Of a DNA stretch of 64,000 nucleotides, positions 50,690-63,930 are shown piece by piece; position 1 is the stretch's first letter; each line of letters starts with the position of its first letter. A program made the position numbers and the translations under genes. The notes beneath the pieces were generated by a model. It saw only the letters and a program-made list of their open reading frames with translations. It did no database searches and was not told the DNA's origin. The stretch lies in NCBI RefSeq assembly GCF_001194135.2, contig NC_068997.1, positions 31,189,676 to 31,253,675 on the forward strand, written 5' to 3'. The stretch comes from Octopus bimaculoides. Lineage: Eukaryota.

Positions 50690-52700
50690 TTCTACTTTCG
50701 ACGTTCAACATGACCACAAAGATAAGGATCACTAGTGATGTTTTAAGACAGTTTTCCGGTGAGGGTGATTTTCTGTCCTGGATAAGACAAAAGTGAGACT
50801 GCAGGGCACACAAGACGTTGCCAGTTTTATGCCGCTATACTTAGAAGGAAACGCTCTGAATTAGTAGCTAGATATAGATGAAGCACATCAACTAAAGGTA
50901 AAAAAAAAAATTGAAGAGAGACTGAAGGATGTGTATACAGAAGGGGACTTTAAAGCATACAGCAAGCTGGAGTGTGTGAAATGGGCGGGAGAAAGTGAAC
51001 AACTACATCGACACAATGTCAGTGGGTGATTTAGTACATAAAACGTGAGAGTTGACGCAGAATGACACGTGTGGTGGCAATGCTTACTGTAGAGGCCAAT
51101 AGGACAACGAGGCAAGCGGCGATTAACGAAAATCAGAGACACGGACGTTTAAGGGGCCATGTTTCAAGTGTCAGTGGTCTGCACGTATTCAGCAGTTGCA
51201 AGGAACCAAAATTTGGAGTGGTATACTACCGTTGTGGCCAACCCTGGAACATAGCAATCTCTTGCAAACAGGGATACAAACAAAGGTGGGAGTCAGCTGC
51301 GCCAGTAGCTGCCTGACAACCTTTTATAGGTGCAACTACATTCTTAGCCTGTGATAACGATTCTGTTGGGGTTTGGGGAGAGCAAGCCCTTGACGATACA
51401 GGTTGTACAACAATCCTGGTAACCTTGAAAATGATCGAAAGCCGAAGTGGAAAAACCAGCTTGAGTACAATAGACGGTATGGAGGTCAGATGCAGATATG
51501 TCAGTGCAATGGTGCTTGAGATACAAAGAACTTTGATGAAGGTACAGATGAGTGTCGTTGATGAGTCAACGGACGATGTCGATGTAGTAATAAAGATGGA
51601 CGTGATTGTTTGGCTGAGTGGCATGACAGTTAATAAGATGGGGGTAGAATTTTGAGGACCAGCGTACTGTGAGCGTAGAATGGAGGGGAAAGGCAGTGGG
51701 ATCTACAAGTCGAGTTCATGGAGAAGAAATGCTGTAGACAAGATCCAAGATGACGATGAGGGCTTCTGGACTGAATCTGGCTGAAAACGATACGTAGTAG
51801 AATATTCTTGAGAAGAAGAAGCCTACTGCAATATGTTGAGTAACAGGGTCAGTTGTTAAGAATGCACCCTGAAAAAAAAGCTAGGACTGAATTATAAAGA
51901 GAAGTGGAAAGCTGGACAGACAGATAGAATAAGGCATTTTAATACAGTGCAGAAAGCAAATGAAGAGTGGTGTGCTACCACTACTGTTTAAGGTCCAACC
52001 TATAAAGAATAAAGTCTAACCATTGCTAGATTTTGGGAAGTTGAATGAGCACGCATAATGCCAAACGGGCGGTAAAATAACGGATGCATTTAGGATGGTA
52101 AAATTTTGCGAGACAGGGGCTGACAACAGGGGCGACTACGATCATCGATGTTAAGTCGGTATATCTACAGCTCCACGTGTCAGATAAATTGTGGAGGTAC
52201 AATTTGGTGAGGTACAAGAACAGAATATATTTCCTGATCCGGCTGGCATTTGGTTTCAGTGCAGTATCGAAAATCATGGCGAAGGTTCTTAGGACTATCT
52301 TGATTATCAAGGTGGCACAGGCTACTAGTTCCGACATATATCGCATTCTGGATAGATTAGTACGTGTAGCTGATAGAGGAAATTATGGGTCATCTGAGGT
52401 GGTCTGAGTTGATCGCAAAACCATCGAGGCTATAGGAGGCATTGCGCTGGGGCTCAAACACGAAAAAGGTAAGGTGGGAGGCCCGTGTTTTAGAGAGGAA
52501 ATGGGATTTGAGAACTGAGCGAGCACATGAGTAGGTCAGAACTGCTCTCAATGTGTGGGAAACTGGTAGAGCACTATCTTATAATAGGATGGCTCCAAAT
52601 GATATGAAGGTACATGAAGAGGCGACCTGAGGAAGCGAAGCCGACAAAATGGGTTAGAAGAGAGTTGCCATGATGCAAAACTTCTTGGAGAGAGTGAAAA
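50690..52700 (+). mobile_element. Gypsy-type LTR retrotransposon internal region (gag, zinc knuckle, protease, RT, RNase H), decayed
   Basis: DVLRQFSGEGDFLSWI..DVASFMPLYLEG; YYRCGQPWNIAISC; DTGCTT; RLAFGFSAVSKIMAKVL; CGKLVEHY..GWL. Confidence 0.75.
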
Positions 52701-54058
52701 CGGGATCCAGTGAAGGGCACCTGTTTGTCCCAATATTTTGTCATCACTTTGGGATTCAAAATTCTGAAATTAGCCTTCACTACTTAGGTCTACGTTATTT
52801 CTTCTACAAGAGCCAACCATTTACAGTGACCAGCATCTCGTTATACAGCGAGCCTCATCCATAAGCATCACATGATTATACCAACGCAGTCTTCTCTCTT
52901 GAACGCATCTGATTCCTCTTATGCCCAACGCTTCTCTCAAATACATTTGGACTTTGTTGTTCATATACACAGATTTTGCACATCCAACGAAGTACGTAGG
53001 TTTTCACATGTCCATTGCATTTAGAGCCCCTAGCTTATTATTATGTAGCACTGTTGTTCGTATACAGCCATCATACAATCAGTTTTTCATTCTGATAGGG
53101 AAACATTTATTTTGTTCCCAACAGAGGTAAAATCCCTTTGACATTTCTCCAGCCTGTTTTTATTTTAGTAGCTGTAACTTCAGAACAATCTTCTCCACTG
53201 ATGGGTAATAGAAACTATCTTTTTTGTTTAGGGATCCTCCTGGGCATTTCAGAAAATCTATTTCCTATGCACATTTAGAATACTTTTTGCTAGTGTGCAT
53301 CAACTGCATATGAAGTCTACTTTCTCTGTTAAACTGTCTGTGATGCTATGGCAACTCTTGTGTTTCTATAGTTTGCACTAAAGTACACCGCATGGAATTT
53401 CTAACAGTCTCTTTGTATATGGTTTGTGTGGCTGTCGTAAGCTATTCGTCTGCTGCTAGCTTCCTCTTTGACCTCCCCTTTTCAGAGTAAGGAACTCTGT
53501 GAAAAGTTTATGCAGATCAATGAACACTAAGTACATCAGCTTAATTTTACTCAAATAATTCTGCAGTTACTTCACAAAAACAGGGCTTTTTTATACTTGT
53601 CTATAGCACAGAACTGAACTCTATCTTGTCTAGTCTAACTATTTCTCTAATTGCTTGAGCTGTTGTTGTATCCATAACTTTTGTGCTCTTGTCCAGCAAT
53701 TTGATACTTCTGTGATTACCTTTCTATAATATCTCATTTATGCTTGTAACAATTGTTGTAATGCTGTAATGCCCATCACTAGGTATACCACTTTCCTGTA
53801 TAACCTGATTGACTACACAAGTAACTAAGCCATATTCCACACTGCCAAATATTTTAAACATTATAATAGTAATTCCTAATGGTTCATAGGATTTCTCCCT
53901 CTTTAATATTCTTCAGGGCTCTATCTTTCATACTGCTACCAGCTAGAATGACTAGTCCTTCTGTTGAAAAGATCTTTCTTCCATGTTATCTCCGCATATA
54001 GTAACCTTAAATGAGAGCACTTTTAAGCTTGTTTTCCTCTCAGAATCACTGCTATCCA

Positions 54059-54160
<102 letters not shown>

Positions 54161-54333
54161 AATATGAAAAATAACAGCCAACTGTACAAAAAAAAAAGAA
54201 ATGATATGTAAAAATATTCACAAAAAACATGTAAAATGTTGCTGCTATACAAATCCAAGGACAAAACGATCAGCTGATTATTGGATAATTTCTACAAACA
54301 ACATTAATAAAAAAAAACAAGCAAAAAGAATAC

Positions 54334-54418
54334 CATTGCATTTTCCTGATTATGTCCTGTAAACTTTATTTTACCAAATGCGTCACAGGGTTTTGATGCC
54401 ACTTCATCTGTAGGGTTT
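54334..54418 (-). CDS. TRPM: TRPM-family channel, first recovered coding exon (xNPTDEVASKPCDAFGKIKFTGHNQENAM)
   Basis: Acceptor tttgtctttgacAG and donor GTattc; 85 nt = 1 nt + 28 codons. PCDAFGKIKFTG matches the TRPM motif PTDA(Y/F)GxIxFxG that precedes (Y/F)VRV. Ends in phase 0, matching the next exon. Confidence 0.85.
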
Positions 54419-55159
54419 CTGTCAAAGACAAATAGAAACCAAATGAACTGTTGAAGTAAAGTTGTGATAGGGAAAGTAGAAGAGGAAAAATGACAAAATC
54501 AAGAGATAAAGAACAACTCCAATGAAAGATACAAATATCCAGCGACATAGATACATAAATCCATACACAGGAAATAAATAAATATATTTTAATTTAGTTG
54601 AATCAAATAACGATTAATTTTAAATAAACTGAAAAGGAAAAACAAGAAATATTTTGCCATCAAAATAAATTAAGAAAACGGGTTTCACGATGGAGTAGTG
54701 ATTCCACATCTGGAATGGTGCTGCTGCTACACATTCAGGTATCATACGACCATATTCAGAGAGAAAAAAGTTTACTCAACTGACTGGCACAAAGTCACCA
54801 ATACACACCAAATTCTGACCCATACTGTGCTGTGTCTTCTCTTTGCCTTTTCTACCGAACTACAATAGCCTCTGCTGGATGGTCTCTTGCCACCTTATCC
54901 AGGTATCACTGATACACACATCAACACCCTAACTCAAAATGAACACCCTATCTCCGTTCTCCTCTACTAGAAATCTCATACCTACAACCACTTCCACAAT
55001 CCATTACCATCAATCGTCGTAATGACCAGACATAATACTGGCTTTGCCATAAGACTGTCTCCTGCAGTTTTTAAAATTTCTATTGGCTTACCAGAAAGAA
55101 CATAACGCAGGGGAGGGAGGAGGGGAAGATGAAGAGGAGGAGGAGGGGAGGAAGGATGA

Positions 55160-55342
55160 NNNNNNNNNNNNNNNNNNNNNNNNNNNNNNNNNNNNNNNNN
55201 NNNNNNNNNNNNNNNNNNNNNNNNNNNNNNNNNNNNNNNNNNNNNNNNNNNNNNNNNNNNNNNNNNNNNNNNNNNNNNNNNNNNNNNNNNNNNNNNNNNN
55301 NNNNNNNNNNNNNNNNNNNNNNNNNNNNNNNNNNNNNNNNNN
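55160..55342. other. Assembly gap (N run)
   Basis: Run of N bases. Confidence 1.
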
Positions 55343-55519
55343 GTTTCTCTTACATGCCCTTGCTTTCATCCTAACATCTTAGGAAAGAGAGGAAACTGGT
55401 GTCTATAGAATTTTAAAGTAACAATAAATCTAGACATTTTGATCTTCATCTCAAACTGCCAAAATGCATATTCGATTTAACCTTTTGAGACCTCTTCATA
55501 TTTAATATTATATAAGAAA

Positions 55520-55703
55520 ACACTTATAACTATATACGTTGTAGTGTTTATAACTCATCATCTATGATGAACTCATTTCAGTTTCTTCACAGAAAATTAG
55601 ATCAAGTCCCTAGCCAGAAGTATCACAAAACCTAACTTATTTCACTCATAAACATGTGTGCGATTATTAAAATTGTTTATGCCATAGCTGTATTAAGAGT
55701 AGT
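55520..55703 (+). repeat. About 184-bp duplicated segment, copy 1
   Basis: Appears identical by eye to 57355-57538. Confidence 0.9.
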
Positions 55704-56370
55704 GATTGAAAAGAAATGATATATTGTTATATTAATCACCAACCAGATTTAACTTTTTTTAGCCTTCTGTTGATTTCCATTTTTATGTCTTTCATAAATA
55801 ATACTGGTAATCTAAGGGAGTAGGATTTGAAAATATAACTGTATTAATATATTTAATATATTTCCAAATTATCATGAGAAAACCTATGAGGCTTTTACTT
55901 GTCTGCTTTTGTCTCTTCAATTCTTTTCTTGAGAGTTAAGCGTTTAAGAAAAGGAAAAAAAGAAAACGAAAATAAAGAAATCGATTGTATATAATTCCTA
56001 AATGTTTTAAATGAACATAGACCAGCTAGCTTCATGATACTAAGTTATGATGTATTGAGTATATATGTATATATGTATATATGTATATATGTATATATGT
56101 ATATATATATGTATATATGTATATGTATATATGTATATATGTATTGAGGTGCTCAAAGAAAAGCGAAATAATGTTATTTCCAGCTACAAAGAATTATATG
56201 GAAAAAATTATATGGAAAAAATTATATGGAAAAAATTATTTTATGTTCTCTCCCTCGTTAGAAAAATCTTATGATAATAATAATAATAAGTCGAAGAAAA
56301 TATAAGCCCTGCATGATTCTTTTCCCTTAAAGGAAAACCTCATCCTCCCTCCTGTTTCTAGGTAAGTCAC

Positions 56371-56392
56371 TTTCTCTCTCTCTCTCTCTCAC

Positions 56393-56460
<68 letters not shown>
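56371..56460. repeat. (CT)n microsatellite
   Basis: Direct observation. Confidence 0.97.
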
Positions 56461-56463
<3 letters not shown>

Positions 56464-57354
56464 CTCAAAATCATCTGTAGGTGGCAGCAACAACAGTTAC
56501 CAGTCACATTTCCCACGTGTGCTTCGAACGATGGTTGAATTCTGAATGATACACACAAGACAAACGGAAAAGTGCCATGGCAAGATGAAACGTTTTGGAA
56601 ATTAATCCTAAGTCATCCTCACGTGATAATCAGCATGGGAATACGACAAGAGATCCCACATTTGCACCCGAGAGAAACACAGAGGGATGTGTATGTAGTT
56701 TGTAAAGGAAACGGTAATCAAGTCTATATGAAGAACCATCAAACAAGGTGAATAAGCACTGGAGGGAAAAAAATAAACAAGAGAAATAAAACGATATCTT
56801 TCAAAAACTCATAGAATGAAATCCTAAATACGTAAGAGACTTGCCCTCATGCTATCATTCAATCTCTCTCCTTCTGCGTCTCTCAACCACTTTTAAAAGT
56901 AAAGAAAATAGAAAAAGGAAAACCTCACCCTCTCTCCTATTTCTTAGTAAACTTTCTTTCTCAGCTTCTCTTATTCCGAAAGCAACTCTAGGTGGCAGCA
57001 CGAACAGTTGCCAGTCAAATTTCACATAAGAAAAAATCAGTTACATGGAAATCAACAAAGTGATTCTTTTAGTTACCTCCCTCGCCCATTGCTTTTAGAT
57101 ATCAACATCTCTAAGCGATGTTTTTGTGTACTAAATACTGGAAAAATTTCAACTGATAAAAATGTTTTAATTACCTTACCATAACTCAAATCCTAATATA
57201 TGTGTACTTACACGTTATAAGATTTAGGAGCATATTTCTTGAATTACCTTAGTTTTATGTTTTCCTCAATCCATTTCTTATCAGATATCTGAAAATAAAA
57301 GAAAATAATATGAATGTTTGAAGGAATGAGTTTTCAACATCTGACATAAAAAGC

Positions 57355-57538
57355 ACACTTATAACTATATACGTTGTAGTGTTTATAACTCATCATCTAT
57401 GATGAACTCATTTCAGTTTCTTCACAGAAAATTAGATCAAGTCCCTAGCCAGAAGTATCACAAAACCTAACTTATTTCACTCATAAACATGTGTGCGATT
57501 ATTAAAATTGTTTATGCCATAGCTGTATTAAGAGTAGT
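57355..57538 (+). repeat. About 184-bp duplicated segment, copy 2
   Basis: Appears identical by eye to 55520-55703. Confidence 0.9.
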
Positions 57539-58034
57539 AATTGAATAGAAATACTACAATAGATAAGTGTAGCTACAATTATCTGGTGGAGATAATCCAA
57601 TCCATATTACAACAGATACACATGATTTTCTTTTTTTACTTATTTATAGTTTTTAGCATGGTGCACTGGTTTTGACATGGGATTAGAATGGAAGATATCT
57701 TCTGAATAGAAACAGAGCCATATGATGATAAGAGAATTTTATTTCACCAATTTAAACATCTGTCAGACTGAGAAAGTTATACAATACACCTAGTACATAT
57801 TAAAAAAAAAAAAAAATAGAGACTAAGATGAAAGGAAGAAAAGAACAGGTACTAAAGATAAATGATCTTATTATTTAATATATTTAATATATTTGTAGCC
57901 TCCATCAATTAAAAGATCTATTCATTGGTGAAGCCTTCAAGATAAATTCCACCGCCAACGTTGGTTGCTTATTAAAAACAACTTTTCTCTATCCTCTGCC
58001 TCACATAATTAATTTTTGGAACTGGAATATAAAA

Positions 58035-58660
58035 AAGGGTCGGCTGAAAAGTTCATGTGATGACTAAAATACTCCCACGGTATGTGACAACATACTTCTT
58101 CCATTGATACTGCAGTGTTTGGATACTATTGGTAAAGAAGCTTTCGTCCTGTTAGCTAAAAATGTCATCACCAGAAGATATGACGTCATCATCCCTGCGA
58201 TACTTGCTCCCAAACAAGTGTTGTTTCATGTTAAGGAGCAAATGATAGTCAGGACAATAGGGAAAGTGATCAACCAGTTCAAAGTCACAATCACGTACAA
58301 CAGCCATTGAAACGAAAGACTTGTGCGCTGGAGAATTGTCCTAATGAAACAAGACCCCCCCCCTTTCTTCACTTTTCTTGGGCATTTAGTCTTGATTGTC
58401 TTTCGTAACTGTCTCAGCAAGTTGACATAGTCCACTACATTGATGGCGTGGCTCTTTTGAAGATAGTCTAGCTTTTTTTACTGTTTGATAATGAATGTCA
58501 TCAACAGCAGAGATGATATTCTGTTCACTGTGATGCCGGTTCTTAGTCAAGTATTTTGGTCACATTGGGAAACAGGTGATAGTCAGATAGGGCCAAATCA
58601 TGACAATAAGGAATAAACCAGTTCAAAGCCAGTCACACACAACAGCCATTGAAATAAAGG
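58035..58660 (-). mobile_element. mariner transposase C-terminal fragments, partly duplicated, with TIR-like end
   Basis: YVNLLRQLRKTIKTKCP; PYCHDLALSDYHLFPNV (YSPDLAP-like); DDDVISSGDDIFS..LQYQWKKYV. End agggtcggctgaaaagttc. Confidence 0.75.
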
Positions 58661-58882
58661 ATTTGTTTTATATATAGGTTATCTTGTGGACGAGGCTGAA
58701 AGGAATGAGGACAGAAATATTCCTCTTGAGTAAGGCCCTCATCGACTTTTCAAGTTTCACTTGAAAAGGAAAGTGAAGATGAAAAGGGAGGTGTTGTCCT
58801 CGAGGGAATTTATGAAAAGGTGGGTGTAAATTGCAAGAGTGGCTGAACTTGAGTGTTCTAATCAATTCCGATTGCGAATAGC

Positions 58883-58885
<3 letters not shown>

Positions 58886-58948
<63 letters not shown>

Positions 58949-59146
58949 CAAAGAGAGAGAGAGACAAAGAGACAGAGAGAGACAAAGAGAGAGAGAGACA
59001 AAGAGAGAGAGACAAAGAGACAAAGAGAGAGAGAGACAAAGAGAGAGAGACAGAGGGAGAGTGAGACAAAGAGAGAGAGAGACAAAGAGAGAGTGAGACA
59101 AAGAGAGAGAGAGAAACAAAGAGAGAGAGAGAGAATGAGAGAGAGA

Positions 59147-59179
<33 letters not shown>

Positions 59180-59258
59180 AGAGACAAAGAGAGAGACAAA
59201 GAGAGAGAGAGAGAGAGACAAAGAGAGAGAGAGAGAGAGACAAAGAGAGAGAGAGAGA
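58886..59258. repeat. Degenerate (GA)n/(GACAAAGA) microsatellite
   Basis: Direct observation. Confidence 0.95.
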
Positions 59259-59399
59259 TGAAAGTCTACTAGGCATGGAATTACATGGCCACTTCCACTA
59301 CGAAACTAGCAAATTAATTGACCAGGAAGCATCATGAATGTAGCTCAGCAAGGGTGACTTGATAACGAATACTGAAAGCGTAGTCATCAATATCCAGGA

Positions 59400-60093
59400 T
59401 CAGGCATTGCAAACCAACTCAGGGAAAAAGGATGTATACCACACAAGCGCAAAGAATCTCTGCAGAATATGTAGGTAGAGGGTCGAAAGCGTGACTCACA
59501 TTGTTGGTGCTTGTGAAAGTCTTGCACAGAACGAGTACAAGCGCAAACACGACAAGATAGCCGAAAACTTTCACTGGCTACACTGTCGGAAGTATTGCTA
59601 GGAGGTACACTGAAAAAGACACACTGAAAAAGATAATGGACGAAAAGCAGAATCCAAAATATCCTCGGATATAGTAACCATTATGACGGACAGACAAGAG
59701 TGCTTAATAATCTATGTAGCAGTGACAGGAGATCAACATATTGTTATGAAATAAAAAGAAAAGATGGATAAATATGGAGACCTGAAAATTGAGATCACCA
59801 AGATGTGGCTGCTACGAGATTCGAACATAAAATTTGTCTCTGTTGTAATCGGAGCATTGGGTTTAGTACCATCCAACCTGAAGAAACATCTGGAAACTTT
59901 AGAAATACCCTGCAATCTAGGTATATTGAAAAAAGCGGCATTATTTAAAACTTCAAACATATAGTGTGAAGTATTGTCTGTTTGAGATCCTTGCTGTGAC
60001 TTGACAGACAATACAAACCTCCGGTAGACATAATATCTTCAATCATCAACATCACGATATTGGATACTGTGCGACGTCTTCAATAATAATAAT
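59400..60093 (+). mobile_element. R4/Dong-type LINE 3' fragment with short (AAT)n tail
   Basis: CRIC..ESVTHIVGACESLAQNEYKRKHDKIA; DKYGDLKIEITKMW; VVIGALGLVPSNL; aataataataat at about 60082-60093. Same subfamily as 46036-46707. Confidence 0.85.
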
Positions 60094-60399
60094 ACATGCA
60101 ACACCTCAAGTTCCAACTACAGTAATAGACCTCCCAAGGCAAGCTGACAGGGTACTATTGCCCTTAATATTACCCAGGGACGGAGAATATCCATGATCTC
60201 GTTTATTAATCAATACCTTACAGAGACAAATGATATTTGCTGGCAGCGGACAGGAGGGTGGTACCCTAAACATAGCGTACCCTCTAATAGTATTCTAAAA
60301 GTATTCATTCAATGTACGGAAGCTCCTTCATACCAGACAGGTCTAGTTGCAATTGCTAATCTAGGAATGAATTCTCATTGCAGAAGGTCTAACGTTGTC

Positions 60400-60760
60400 C
60401 TCAAATATGCTGTTCATAACACACTTCAAAAATTCTACTAGTTACTGTACTGGAACCTCAGTTACTTTCAAGCGTAGATATGCTGCCCATTTAAATTCGT
60501 TTAATCATGAAGAGCACAGCAAACTACCTCTCTAGCTGACGACGTGCATTATCTTAATTAGAAGAAAATTCCCTACAATATTTCCTGGTCTAAAATTGGT
60601 TCCACATACATACTCGTTTGCACCGCACTAAACATTCTCTCCGAGCAGCACTAAACATTCTCTCCGTGTATACAGTCTCCTTATGTCCATAGTTTCTCTG
60701 TAGGCCTTATTAATAATGTATCTTCATTAAGCACTGACACTAACTTTTAGATTTTTTAAA
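60400..60760 (+). mobile_element. Penelope-like GIY-YIG endonuclease fragment
   Basis: YCTGTS.TFKRRYAAHLNSFNH..T.L...PYNISWSKI resembles YIGxTExxFKxRYxxHxxSF..LS..I.W.I. Confidence 0.45.
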
Positions 60761-61249
60761 TTTTAAGCGTTAACTTTATTTTAACTTCTATTATTTTTTT
60801 AATTAAATTTATTTTAGTTAGTTATCTTTATCTTAATTTATAACCTTTTTATGACACAAATCTTAAATCATTTTCTTGCTAGTTGACATTCGTTAGTGGC
60901 TAGACTACTTTACATATCCACCCCTGTAAAATTTGACCACCCACTATACACTTGTTTATTATCTTTCTTTTGTCCACTTTATTACCTACAACCCACTCTC
61001 ATTGATATCCAGCTCTGTAGGTTGGGCATCTGTTTTGTTCTTTTTCATCCCTTATCTCTCAGTCTTTAAATTAGCTCCCACCCTAACCCCTAACTTCTTT
61101 GGATGACAATGCCAGTTTACTAGCCCTTACCACTAACTCCCACTAATTTCCAAAGACAATAATACCCCTCATCATACTGCTTAGTATATCTACTACACTG
61201 TCCTTATCTTTTTATTTAGCTATCTTTCTCATACCAGAGTGCATTATTT

Positions 61250-61760
61250 AATCCCCAGCCCTCTCGTAGGACTTAATACCCCTCAGTATACTGAGCAATG
61301 TATAATACAAACCTTTTACCTATATAACATCTCTCACATCAAAATGTATCTGTATTCCTCTTCTCAGTATTTGTAAAATTTTGGATCTGTTCGTATTTAT
61401 TTTCTCACAATATGGAGTACAGTATAAGAATTGTTTCTCTTTTTTCACCATACCATGCCACCTAACCATTTTTTCTGATCATAGATTTATCTAAAGAAAA
61501 CCCGATCTAACTGGACTTGATTGGACTCTCCCAACCTCTTGAACATAATGAACGATAACAAATATAATTGATGAGGAATATGCTTCAACTGGTTTACATA
61601 TATCTCTCCGATATCGGAATACCCAACTTACAGAGTCTTCGCTCGATGCGAATCTCCAATAGCGGGGGTATCCCAGAAAAAGCTATCACAAACTATCCTT
61701 ACTATTTTTCATTATTCGTACCATTCGCTATATAGCTAAAATGAGATTGAATTAAATGAA
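61250..61760 (-). mobile_element. Decayed LINE RT fragment (RTE-like)
   Basis: Traces of a D..KAFD.+P...LG+P-like segment; heavily degraded. Confidence 0.3.
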
Positions 61761-62009
61761 ATTAAACGTCTTTATCCTGCATTGCTCAGATGTTTGCCTT
61801 TCCTCAAACACTTTAACCTATACTTACTGATTCCAAGGGATGCCACCACTTGCCATGTTTTGAACAAGTCAATCACATAACAACAACTTACACCACGCAT
61901 CTAGCTGGAATTTTGGTGACACACGTATTTGAACACTCAGAACGAATACCTATTAGTATGAGTCATCATAAAGGTAACTTGTATTATCCCTCCTCTCTCA
62001 CTCTTTCTC

Positions 62010-62021
<12 letters not shown>

Positions 62022-62080
<59 letters not shown>
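62022..62080. repeat. (TA)n microsatellite
   Basis: Direct observation. Confidence 0.97.
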
Positions 62081-62082
<2 letters not shown>

Positions 62083-62654
62083 CAAAGGCTCAACCGAAAG
62101 AACAGAACGTGGAGAAAACATTCGAGGAAAGCAGAGGAAACGTGACGAAAATTTAACGGACGGGAAATTTAGACAGATATGATACACGGAATGTTCACAC
62201 CTGAATTTTCCTCGTTAGTAAATTACTCAGAATATCATAGTTTCTTGCCATTCCCATTGACACCACTGAATTTTGGAGGCACCAGTGCTGTTATCAAGCC
62301 ACTGGGAAAAAGCCAGCAAATGTAGACAGAAACAAACAAGATATCATATAAATACAACAAAGAAATATGCATACACAACTGCACGAAGACTTACAGCTAT
62401 ATACAGCAATAGAAAAAAATGATTATACATATACCACAAATACAGCAGAAAGAGTTTTGCAGCTATTGAATGAACTTAGTAGGGTCACGCAAAATTGACA
62501 TGGAGTAAGTCTCAGAAGACGTAAGAAGAGTCCAGATCAGCATGACCAGTCTGGGTCAAAGGCAGGGCGAAAACGAGCAACACCTCCTTCACGAGACACT
62601 GGTCATATGGTAGGGAAGAGGAAGTGTTGAGAGCAGGAAAGAATGGGACACAAC

Positions 62655-62704
<50 letters not shown>

Positions 62705-63099
62705 TAGACAGACAGACAGACAGAGAGAGAGGGGGATTGGAGAAACTGAGAGAAAGAGAGAGAAGATACAAAAGAGGCAAGCAAGGGCGGAAAGAGAGTA
62801 AGGGTGATAGAGTAAGATTAGAGATGTAAAGAGATAGAGTAAGAGGGAAAGAGGGGAACAGAGTGAGTGAACGAAAAAAGAGGAGACAGTGAAAGAAGAT
62901 AAAAGTACAAAGGAGGCAAGCTAGGGCAGAAAATGAGAGTAACAGTGGAAAAAGATATACTGTAAGAGTAGAGGTGGAAAAGGATAGAATAAGAGTAGAG
63001 AGATTTAAGATCCGCACAATAAAAATTCAAGAAACATATTTTACAACAAACAGCGTGTCTGATCACGTGGTAAGGGAGAGGAAATGCTCAGAGAGTGGG

Positions 63100-63166
<67 letters not shown>

Positions 63167-63852
63167 AAGAGAACGAAGGAGCAGAGGAATTAGTGAAACA
63201 GAGAGAAATAAAGGAGAAAACAAAGGTAAAAGGGAAGCAAGCAAGGGCAAAAAGAGAGAGTAAGAGTGTAGAAAGAGATAGAGGAATAGTAGAGGTGGAA
63301 AGAGACAGAGGAATAGTAGAGGTGGAAAGAGACAGAGTAACAGTGAAAGATGTGGATACAGAGAGAGAGAACGAAAAAGAAGGGGAGACAGAGAAAGAAG
63401 AGAAAGGTACAAGAGAAGCAAGCAAAGGCACAAAAGGAAAGTAAGAGCGGAGAAAAGATAGAGTAAGAGGAAAAGAGGGGGACAGAGAGAAAGAGAGAAC
63501 GAAAAAGAAAGAAGACAGAGTGAAGTCGTAAGGCTTCGTGCTGTTGCATATTCGTAATTCTTTGTTGTATTTCTGTCATGTTTGTTTCTGTCTTACTATA
63601 CATTCACTAGCCTTTTGCCAGTAATTAAAAAGAATATTGGCGCCCCCAAAAATGAGTGGGCTCAATGGTAATGGCGCGAAATTAACTATGATTCTTTTGT
63701 GTCATTCACTAACGAGGAAAACGCAATTGCGAATATTCCGTGTATCATGTCTTTATCAAAATTTCCCGTCCGATACGTTTACGTCTAGTTTCCCGTTTGC
63801 TCTGCTTTCGCTTACATTTTTTCCTCCTTGTGTTCTTTCTGTTCAACTTTTG
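62083..63852. mobile_element. Candidate foldback element: two nested pairs of diverged inverted arms around a GA-rich degenerate minisatellite
   Basis: 62083-62225 matches the reverse complement of 63710-63852 (cggacgggaaattt, atgatacacggaat, ttcctcgttagt); 62325-62400 matches the reverse complement of 63525-63600 (gacagaaacaaaca, aaatacaacaaagaa, gcacgaag.cttac). Confidence 0.6.
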
Positions 63853-63898
63853 ATAGATCCGTGTGGCGCAAGGCACACTCTGTCTCATATATATATAC

Positions 63899-63930
<32 letters not shown>

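Noticed and set aside
57640-57770. Possible first TRPM exon ending (M)LKTINK in phase 2
   Set aside because: Phase-compatible, but with upstream stops, a weak donor and no homology; not supportable without transcript data.
58668-59276. SLSL/ERER-rich ORFs here and at 62500-63600, and YIYI, HTHT and NNNN ORFs elsewhere
   Set aside because: Translations of microsatellites, with no splice or homology support.
63670-63700. Resemblance to the 28S rDNA R2/I-PpoI target (taactatgactctc)
   Set aside because: Only a short imperfect match with no surrounding rRNA sequence; likely chance.
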